Assembly: GCA_038841535.1 (NCBI GenBank)
Contig: JAWBTQ010000004.1
Span: 1-64,000 of the forward strand
DNA length: 64,000 nt
Direction of reading: 5' to 3'
Origin: Sulfolobales archaeon
Lineage (GTDB): Archaea; Thermoproteota; Thermoprotei_A; Sulfolobales; NBVN01
Part shown: one piece after another, positions 1-7,335 of the stretch
How positions within the stretch are numbered: the stretch's first letter is position 1
Layout of the letters: every line of letters begins with the position of its first letter
Notes under the pieces: model-generated
Told to the model about the DNA's origin: nothing
Databases searched by the model: none
What the model saw: only the letters and a program-made list of their open reading frames with translations
Made by a program: the position numbers and the translations under genes

Positions 1-449
1 ATCAAATAATAAGGAACTCTATAGCCTTTGCCGAAGCTCTAGCGATGGAGGGCTTTAAGGTACTGGCCGAGCAATTGGGTTACACTAGGTCGCATACAAT
101 AGTTGTTGATGTGAGGCAGCATGGTGGAGGAGCTAAAGTAGCGAAGGCTCTAGAGGATGCGAACATTATAGTAAATAAGAATCTCCTACCCTGGGATCCT
201 CCAGAGGCAGTGAGAGATCCGAGTGGTATAAGACTTGGGACACAGGAAATGACCCGGTTCGGAATGAGGGAAGAAGACTTTAGGTATCTAGCTCGATTAA
301 TTAGAGAAGTAGTCATTGACGGAAAAGACCCTAGAGAAGTTAAAAAGAAAATCATAGAGTTCCGCAAGAACTTTCTGGAGGTTAAGTACACGTTCGAAAT
401 GATTAAGGACCTTGAAAAAAGTCCTATCAAGATTCCGATGATACTCTAA
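1..449 (+). CDS. glyA: Serine hydroxymethyltransferase, C-terminal part (5' truncated by window)
   Basis: Motifs [17 protein letters not shown] and [16 protein letters not shown]; the frame is open back to the window start. Confidence 0.95.
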   Translation, partial: QIIRNSIAFAEALAMEGFKVLAEQLGYTRSHTIVVDVRQHGGGAKVAKALEDANIIVNKNLLPWDPPEAVRDPSGIRLGTQEMTRFGMREEDFRYLARLIREVVIDGKDPREVKKKIIEFRKNFLEVKYTFEMIKDLEKSPIKIPMIL

Positions 450-668
450 GGTTTTAGAGCAGTCTACGTTACATTTCTGTCAGTATAATCCATAACACGT
501 ACTGTTTTAGATTATGCCCACAGTGTCGAGGTTATGCCTCACTATTGATTTAACTAAAACTTTGCGACTTCTGTGATGGCAGAGAAGGACAGCTTAGCAG
601 GTCTATGGGTTTACGTATATTCTTTCATAGTGTTGGCAGTTGCTTATTTAGAGTTGGAGCACTAGACT

Positions 669-890
669 TTAGGTTGGGGAGGTAGTAGAAGTCTCGTTAG
701 TGTAGGTGCTTTGTGGTGGAGTCCCCGGAGTCTCAGTGTATGTAGAAGTCTCGATCGGGGTTTCAGTCTTAATAGTTCCAGTCCCAGAGGTAAGTAGTTT
801 GTTGCCGTAGATCCCGAGAGCTATGGCGGAGCCTACTAAGACTAGAAGGAGTAAAGCCCCCGGAAGAGTTCTTCTTTTTTGTTTTGGCAC
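669..890 (-). CDS. Small membrane-anchored Thr-rich protein (possibly a truncated surface protein)
   Basis: Basic N-terminus, one hydrophobic helix, then a T/E/P/S-rich linker that ends abruptly. Confidence 0.5.
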   Translation of the reverse strand: MPKQKRRTLPGALLLLVLVGSAIALGIYGNKLLTSGTGTIKTETPIETSTYTETPGTPPQSTYTNETSTTSPT

Positions 891-987
891 TTCTTGATCC
901 CTAAATGCTAGGATCAGTGGAAATATATAGCTTAAGGGAGTTAAAGTACTTATTTGGTTTATGAATATCGATCAGTTAGGTGGTCCT

Positions 988-1236
988 TTGGTTAAAGTTA
1001 GGTTTTTCGGCTCTCTTAGGGCTATAGTAGGTAAAGATTCGTTGGACTTAGACGTAGCAAGGCTTGACGAGCTACTGAGAGCTTTAAAGGAAAAATACGA
1101 CGAGCTTGCGAAACTAATAGATAATGAGGGCTTTTTGATTTTAGTAAACGAAAAGCCCGTATCCAGGAGAGAGTTTAACGTGGTGCTCGGTAGAGAGGAC
1201 TGCGTCGATATACTTCCTGTAGTATCCGGTGGTTAA
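988..1236 (+). CDS. moaD: MoaD/ThiS/SAMP ubiquitin-like sulfur carrier
   Basis: VKVRFFG N-terminus, ILVN, C-terminal VSGG. TTG at 988 after a GGTGG SD is preferred over the ATG at 961. Confidence 0.85.
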   Translation: MVKVRFFGSLRAIVGKDSLDLDVARLDELLRALKEKYDELAKLIDNEGFLILVNEKPVSRREFNVVLGREDCVDILPVVSGG

Positions 1237-1243
1237 GGTGCTT

Positions 1244-1372
1244 CGAATCAGCTCTCGCATTGGTTTATGTAAGTTAGTGTCGTCACTGCACTTCTTTCCC
1301 AGCATTGGTCTCAGGTTTTCCGTCGTCCTCGGGGGCGTTCAAGGAGACTCCAGATACTCCAAATCTTGAGTA
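1244..1372 (-). mobile_element. Degenerate IS200/IS605 (tnpB) right-end/omega-RNA-like remnant, copy A
   Basis: Minus strand CTCAAGATTTGGAG..GAACGCCCCCGAG..CATAAACCAATGCGAGAGCTGA aligns by eye with copies at 1676, 9137, 43402 and 62786. Confidence 0.65.
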
Positions 1373-1675
1373 CTTCAAGCTTCAAGAACGGATTTATGCC
1401 CTCAACCATGTCTCTACAACGGTAAATAGCGTCCGGGCTTATCATTACATCTTGAGCAAGAGGGTGAGGTGTTGCTCACATCAACGTACTTAGTCTCCAA
1501 TTCTCTTTAAAAAGGCATTAAAGCTACCGTGAGCTTCTGTCTCCTATGAAACCATGGCGGCAACATTTTGTTAAACGAGCTGCCCAACTAACCATGTCTT
1601 TCAAAGCACGGTTCCAACGTTGGGCGGACAAAACTGCCTTAATGAACTCTCCACGCGCTTAGGTGTTAGTACCGG

Positions 1676-1864
1676 GAGCCTAACGCAACTGCTTCGGGTT
1701 TTATATCTTTCTTATTAGTTGACGTATATGGAAACGTTGCTCAAGATGTGGGGTGCCCGGAGTCGCCCCGGACGCCCCCAAGGGTGGTGCAAACCCAAGA
1801 CCGATGCGGGGGGAATTGAGGTAATGAAATCAACAAACACAAACCAACACAGGAGCTGAACCCC
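1676..1864 (+). mobile_element. Non-autonomous IS200/IS605-derived element (left-end hairpin plus tnpB 3' end), copy B
   Basis: Left end GAGCCTAACGCAACTGCTTCGGGTTTTATATC.. is near-identical to the reverse complement of 9137-9328. It contains CAAGATGTGGGG (KMWG, typical archaeal TnpB C-terminus) and ends GCTGAACCCC. Confidence 0.75.
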
Positions 1865-1905
1865 ATTAGGAGGAGGCGACTACGCTAAGGTTTATAGGGT
1901 ACAGC

Positions 1906-2382
1906 TTATCTTAACTCAAAGTTTGCCGGTCTCTCTAAATCTAGGGCAAAGTCATATGGGTAAGATAGAGCTAGTTGAAATATAGTAGAGTAATTTCTTC
2001 TTAACTCAAATAGCTGGGGTTCGTAAATAAGTAATCTCTCACTTTGATACTCAATGCCTAATATTTTACTTACTAGCTCTACAGCGTATTTATCCTCGAT
2101 TACGCCAACGAAGCCTTTCGCTTCTGGAATTATAGTTATAACGATTGGTAGGAGAACGCGGTCCCAGTTCTCACTATCAATAAGTGCTGAAACCCTCTCT
2201 AGTTCGCTCCGCCTGAAAAAGTGCTGTGTCCCATCTCTGCACGATACGCTGGGAAATTCCTCTTTCAGTAACTCTTTTAGAGACTTCCTGTAATGGGGGA
2301 GATGCTTATTGGCTATCTTGAGTTCCTCTCTTAGCAGTACTTCAACCAAGTCATCACTCCCCATAACCTTCCCATCTAACAA
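1906..2382 (-). CDS. DUF61 family protein
   Basis: NKHLP..RKSLKELL..CRDGTQH.F...EL..LPI pattern. Confidence 0.75.
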   Translation of the reverse strand: MLDGKVMGSDDLVEVLLREELKIANKHLPHYRKSLKELLKEEFPSVSCRDGTQHFFRRSELERVSALIDSENWDRVLLPIVITIIPEAKGFVGVIEDKYAVELVSKILGIEYQSERLLIYEPQLFELRRNYSTIFQLALSYPYDFALDLERPANFELR

Positions 2383-2441
2383 TAGCTCTTGCGGGTAATA
2401 TGCTCAAGATATCGGCGTATTAAACGTACTAAGTACTATGC

Positions 2442-3695
2442 CTATTCCGTAGAACTCCCAGTTTCTAGATATGGTATGCTAGAACACTCTTTTAGCGGCC
2501 CAATTAAGGTAACTTCGACTTTGCTACCCTCATCGTATCCCTCAAGATCCTCAGGTATCTCAAGGATGGCATTGGCTTTTAACAAAGTTGAAAGTATACC
2601 TGAGCCCGTGAGTCTGAGTGGCACTATCATGACTTCACCTCGGTCTTGACACGCAATGACTCTATAGAAAGACCTGAATCCCACCTCGTTGGATAGTCTT
2701 CGCACTAACTTCCCACTAATTGTCGGTTTAACCTCTAAAGAGCTACCGAAGGCTTTATTCAGTATAGGGGTCAGAAGTAGCTCTAAGCTTATGTATGCTG
2801 CTACCGGAAGACCCGATATTAGGAGTACAGGCTTACCGTTTACGACATAGGCACTAGCAGTTCTTCCTGGTCTAATTCTAACACCGCGAAAAATCTCTCT
2901 AGATGACTCTAGCCTTAGAACAGCATCTGGGGCTAGGTCTCGCGACCCAACTGAAGTTCCTCCAGTAATAATTGCTACATCAGAAACCCGTAATGCGTTT
3001 CTCAAGGCTTCCGCTATCTCCTCAATGTCATCGGGAATCACTTTAGCGTAAACAACTTCTCCACCCATCTCTTTAATGTATGCGGCGATCAGGTAGTAAG
3101 TTGTGTTAGGAACTAGTCTCTTCAGTATTTCATCGCCGGTATTTAATACTGCGATCCTCGGCTTTCTAAAAACCTCGATTCTATCGTAACCTGATGCGGC
3201 TAGGGTAGCTACATGCCATGGCTTTAGCTTGGTGCCTTTACGAACTATGGTATCTCCTACTCTAAGGTCCTCTCCACGAAATGATATATTAGAGTACCTT
3301 GAGTACGTTCTGTATAAATAAACTAAGTCATCCCTTACGAGGCAGTACTCGAGGGGGATCACCACATCAGCTCCACTAGGTATTGGGGCTCCAGTTGACA
3401 CTAGCGCTGCTTCAGATCGACCAATCGACGTAACGTCACTACTGTCTACGTCTACTCTACCAACTAACTTAAGTAGCACGGGTGAGCTCTCTGAGGCTCC
3501 AGCGATATCGGAGAATCTTGCCGCAACACCGTCTACAGCAGACCTATCGAATGGAGGTAGATCGACTTTTGAGACGTAGTCTCTATAGACATACCTTCCA
3601 ATAGCATCCTGAACATCGACGATCTCTCCTCCAATGTCTACTGAGATCTCGCTAACGAGTCTCTCGAGGGCTTCACTAGCACTCACAAACTTCAT
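2442..3695 (-). CDS. moeA: Molybdopterin molybdotransferase MoeA
   Basis: PPFDRSAVDG, TGAPIPSGAD, TGDE, ITGGTSVG, RPG, SG.LSTL. The longer ORF start overlaps the tRNA, so ATG 3695 is used. Confidence 0.93.
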   Translation of the reverse strand: MKFVSASEALERLVSEISVDIGGEIVDVQDAIGRYVYRDYVSKVDLPPFDRSAVDGVAARFSDIAGASESSPVLLKLVGRVDVDSSDVTSIGRSEAALVSTGAPIPSGADVVIPLEYCLVRDDLVYLYRTYSRYSNISFRGEDLRVGDTIVRKGTKLKPWHVATLAASGYDRIEVFRKPRIAVLNTGDEILKRLVPNTTYYLIAAYIKEMGGEVVYAKVIPDDIEEIAEALRNALRVSDVAIITGGTSVGSRDLAPDAVLRLESSREIFRGVRIRPGRTASAYVVNGKPVLLISGLPVAAYISLELLLTPILNKAFGSSLEVKPTISGKLVRRLSNEVGFRSFYRVIACQDRGEVMIVPLRLTGSGILSTLLKANAILEIPEDLEGYDEGSKVEVTLIGPLKECSSIPYLETGSSTE

Positions 3696-3800
3696 AGCCT
3701 TACCCACTTCTCGGCACCCAACAACGCCAGCAACCTTACTTCCAACGTGTTGTTTCAGTAGCCAACCTTTATAAGCCAGTATCATCAAAGTGTATCTGGT

Positions 3801-3875
3801 GCCGCGGTAGTATAGCCCGGCCAAGTATGCGGGCCTTTCGAGCCCGTGACCCGGGTTCAAATCCCGGCCGCGGCA
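3801..3875 (+). tRNA. tRNA-Glu (anticodon TTC), intronless, CCA not encoded
   Basis: Acceptor stem GCCGCGG/CCGCGGC, anticodon arm CGGGC-CTTTCGA-GCCCG, T-arm CCGGG-TTCAAAT-CCCGG, TATA TTTATAAG at 3768. Confidence 0.97.
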
Positions 3876-3981
3876 CTAATTATGACGCCGATAGCTATCT
3901 CCGATGGCCTAAATAACTTAACGAAGTACTGCGGATAACTTATTAAACTAGGTTATAAAGAATACTCGGTGAGCTACTTAA

Positions 3982-4335
3982 GTGTCATCGGAAGGTGAGA
4001 TTGAAAAGAAGAGGGATATAAAAGTCCTCCTCTCAGTGATACCTCCAGCAGAAGCCTTGAGAAAACAAAGGAGCTCTCCACAAGAGAGGAGAGTGAAGCT
4101 GAAGTACAACTCTGTAGTAAAGACCGGTAGTCTCCACGTAAACCCAGAGCTGGCTAGAGAGCTCTCCATAGGTGATTACGCCGAGATCTCAGTTCACGGA
4201 AAGAGAGTAAAGCTGAAAGTTGTAGTAAGCGAGAAAGTTCCGCAGGGTGAAGTGTGGGGTTCTGCCGATTTGAGAACTCAGGGAATAGCCGATAACAGTA
4301 TCGTCACCATCAGGTCTGCTGCCCAGCAGAGCTGA
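3982..4335 (+). CDS. Hypothetical protein, likely double-psi beta-barrel (Cdc48-N / molybdopterin-dinucleotide-binding-like)
   Basis: GGTGA SD. Two similar halves, V(N)PELAREL.IGD.AEI and GEVW....LR..GIADNS.VTI, are typical of this fold. Confidence 0.6.
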   Translation: MSSEGEIEKKRDIKVLLSVIPPAEALRKQRSSPQERRVKLKYNSVVKTGSLHVNPELARELSIGDYAEISVHGKRVKLKVVVSEKVPQGEVWGSADLRTQGIADNSIVTIRSAAQQS

Positions 4336-4338
4336 GAA

Positions 4339-4346
4339 CTTAAAAG
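4339..4346 (+). promoter_or_regulatory. Putative TATA box for a leaderless aRF1 mRNA
   Basis: CTTAAAAG lies 30 nt before GTG 4369, the usual archaeal TATA-to-TSS distance. An alternative TATA-like TTATATA lies at 4354. Confidence 0.45.
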
Positions 4347-4368
4347 AGCCTTCTTATATAGTTCTTGG

Positions 4369-5485
4369 GTGTCGAGCATTTAGCTTTGAAAACCTCGAGA
4401 TTAGCAAGGAGGGGCTCAAGCCCCTCATCAAGGAGTTAAAGAAGTGGAATGCTCACGCAACAACCCTTCTATCTCTTTACGTACCTTCAGGTAGACCAAT
4501 AGGCGACGTAGTGAATATGCTTAGACAAGAGCTCTCTATTACTGAGAACATAAAGCTAAAAAGAACCAGGTCTAGAGTTCAGTTCGCTCTTGAGTCAGCT
4601 ATAGATAGGCTCTTGAAAATACCGAAGATACCCAGAAATGGACTCGTAGTGTTTGCTGGAGAACACGATGAAACGGGTGAAACTATAGTGCTAGTGTTCT
4701 CACCTCCTGAACCAATCAACGTGTTTTTCTATAGGACGGATAAGTACTTCCACACGGAGTTTCTTGAGAGCATGGTAGAGGAGAGTGACGTATACGGTCT
4801 AATAGTCATTGAGCGCGATGAGGCAACTATAGGCCTCTTAAAGGGTGGAGCTGTAGTAGTTCTAGATGAACTAGAGGCATACATACCTGGAAAACACAGT
4901 AAGGGAGGATGGTCCCAGAGGAGATACGATAGAATAATTGAGGAGATGGTCGAGGAGTTCTATAAAAAAGTTGGTGAGAAAGCTGGTAGCTACTTTATAC
5001 CACTACTAGAAGGAGGCAAGCTAAGGGGTGTCATAGTCGGAGGTCCTGGGTACTCGAAGCTGGATTTCGTTAAGGGTGGATACCTTGACTATCGCCTTCA
5101 GAAAGCGGTTCTAGGGAACCCTCTAGACGTGAGCTCTCAGGGTGAGCCTGGTCTCAGGGAACTAATTGAAAAAGCAAAAGAATTTATCAAGGAGACGAAG
5201 TATCATAAGACTAAGGAGGTCTTAGATGAGTTTAAGTACCACCTAGCAAAAGACGATGGACTGGCCACGTACGGTGAGCTAGAGATAGCTAGGGGACTTG
5301 AGTTAGGTGCTGTTGAGGCACTCATCATCGTAGAGGATTATCCTAAGCTAGCAGAGCTGAAGAATCTAGCTGAGTCGAGGGGTACTAGAATAGTAGTTGT
5401 TAGTGAAGAGTTCATGGAATACGAGTGGCTTAAGAAGGCTTTTGGCGGAGTCGTAGCTATACTAAGATATCCGCTGATTAGCTAG
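4369..5485 (+). CDS. prf1: Archaeal peptide chain release factor aRF1 (5' end needs a +1 frameshift; GGW in place of GGQ)
   Basis: The frame from 4379 reads FSFENLEISKEGLKPLIKELKKWNAHATTLLSLYVPSGRPIGDVVNMLRQE, followed by NIKLK, YRTDKYF, GKHSKGGWSQRRY and FGGVVAILRY. There is no in-frame ATG/GTG/TTG between the stop at 4286 and 4511. Confidence 0.9.
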
Positions 5486-5768
5486 TTTCCTCGCCGCCTC
5501 CTTCCTCTTCGCTGAGGAGGTCTAAGAGAATTTCGTAGAACTCTTCTTTCTCCTGCTCAATTTCCTCCTGGCTTCTCGTCAGCCCTCTCCCTTCACTCAC
5601 GATAGACGTAGTCTTTACTTTAGATTCCGAACCTGCTTTACCAGATAGCCTGTACTTTTCTCCTCTCTTAGATACCTCTTCATAACCGCAACTTGGGCAT
5701 TTGTATATGTAGTTATTATCTCTTTTCTGAGGCACCATTACTGTTCCACACTTAGGGCAGAACTTCGT
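5478..5768 (-). CDS. TFS/RpoM-family zinc-ribbon protein (TFS2-like: N-terminal ribbon plus acidic tail)
   Basis: (ACG)KFCPKCGTVM..YKCPSCGYEE..TTSIVSE..acidic tail. It lacks the C-terminal ribbon with the catalytic DE motif. Confidence 0.8.
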   Translation of the reverse strand, partial: TKFCPKCGTVMVPQKRDNNYIYKCPSCGYEEVSKRGEKYRLSGKAGSESKVKTTSIVSEGRGLTRSQEEIEQEKEEFYEILLDLLSEEEGGGEETS

Positions 5769-6042
5769 AGTAGCTCACCTTAAACACTAGGAGATTAGAC
5801 ATTTATAAGCTTTTGTGCTTAAGCCTCCACCAACTTTGAAGCCGTTTCGAAAGCAGTTCAAAGAGTGAGCAAGTAGTTGGGTGGAATTTGAGAGATACTC
5901 AGATAGATCAAAGAGTATGTAAATTTTCTATTCAGAGGTCAAATGGGTTCAGCCACCTACCTCAGGAGCCGTGTCTCGTATGCAGTAATGCTTTAGATAC
6001 GGTAGTTAAAAGCTCCGTAAGTTTACTGCTATAGGGAGCTAG

Positions 6043-6933
6043 ATGAAGATAGCCATAATTCATGAAGCACCGGTACCGACCTCAGCTAGCAGGCAGCTTA
6101 TGATGGCGTTTATGAAGCGTGCTGTAAAAGTAATGTACTTGAGACTCTCCCGGTTAGTGTCCTATATTTCAAGTAGCGAGGGTTGGGTTAGTGTTGGCTC
6201 AGACGCGAAGCTTGAAGAGCTTGATGCTGCTATAATTCGAGGCCTCGGTAGTGTTGCTACACTTGAAACACTCCTCCGTAGAGTTAACTTACTAAAGCAA
6301 CTAGAGTCGCGAGGAACTGTGGTGGTAAACCCTGTAAACTCTATCATGGTAGCTCGCGATAAGCACCTCTCTATCATGGAATTACGTAGAGCCGGTCTCG
6401 CAGTTCCCGAAACTGCTGTAGTAGAAGACGTGTTTGATGCTGTGGAGATAGCTAAAAAGTGGGGTAAAGTCGTCATAAAACCGCTCATAGGTAGCATGGG
6501 ATATGGAAGCATTCTCGCAAGCGACCCTGATATGGTATACAACGTCGGTAGACTCCTACAGATGCACGGACTACCTATTTACATACAAAAGTACGTCCGA
6601 AAGTACGAACGAGACATTAGAGTATTCGTAGTAAAAGACAGAGTCTTGGGAGCTATGTATAGATACTGCCCAGAAGGAACATGGAAAACTAACGTATCTC
6701 AAGGAGCTAGAACCGAGACTGCTGAGTTAACTATAGAACTGACAGAAGTAGCTCTAAAAGCTGCGAGAGCATTAAATCTTTTCTACACCGGTGTAGATAT
6801 TGGTGAAACAGACGAAGGTTATGTAGTATACGAGGTTAATGCTACTCCACAGTGGGAGGGCTTCATGAGGACCACGGGAATCAACCCTGCTGAACACATA
6901 GCAGACATGGTAATAGAGATCGTGAAGAACTGA
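6043..6933 (+). CDS. RimK/LysX family ATP-grasp ligase
   Basis: VVNP..ARDK, VIKP..GS.G.G, DIRVFVV, WKTNVSQG, EVN..P. Confidence 0.9.
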   Translation: MKIAIIHEAPVPTSASRQLMMAFMKRAVKVMYLRLSRLVSYISSSEGWVSVGSDAKLEELDAAIIRGLGSVATLETLLRRVNLLKQLESRGTVVVNPVNSIMVARDKHLSIMELRRAGLAVPETAVVEDVFDAVEIAKKWGKVVIKPLIGSMGYGSILASDPDMVYNVGRLLQMHGLPIYIQKYVRKYERDIRVFVVKDRVLGAMYRYCPEGTWKTNVSQGARTETAELTIELTEVALKAARALNLFYTGVDIGETDEGYVVYEVNATPQWEGFMRTTGINPAEHIADMVIEIVKN

Positions 6934-7335
6934 AATAACACATTCACATTCCGCCAATGGTTGTTGCTCGTTTTCACGAATTTGTGGCGTTGCTTTCGCG
7001 TCGCTTCTCGAACCTGTTACGACTCAGCTCTCTCAGTAATATCGAGTAGTAGCGAAGATCGTGACCAAAACTATTCATAAGGGAAACTCGGTAGCGTGGA
7101 TAGAAGACTCGCGCCGTAAAGTTCGACATATGCTCGCTACTTTACTGTGGATAGAAGTAGCTAAGTACGAGAGTGCGCTAGCTAGTTAAACGAGCATCAG
7201 TGGATCGAAGAAAAACTAGGTGGCTACGATATCACATAAGTAAACAGAGAACTAGTGGTTTGACTAACATTTTGAAAATGTTTTAAGATACGATTCGTGA
7301 AAAACTCTCTTCTCAGTTTACCAGGAAAGTTTACG

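Noticed and set aside
450-668. Possible stop-readthrough continuation of the 669-890 ORF
   Set aside because: About six in-frame stops of all three types in roughly 75 codons, compatible with non-coding DNA; no support for recoding.
1305-1493. Short ORFs in element-containing gaps (also 9281-9490, 43126-43404, 54873-55061, 62834-63025)
   Set aside because: They overlap or adjoin IS-derived remnants and show no recognisable protein or conserved frame.
3696-3860. N-terminal extension of the moeA ORF
   Set aside because: It runs antisense through tRNA-Glu and its promoter and has no MoeA similarity.
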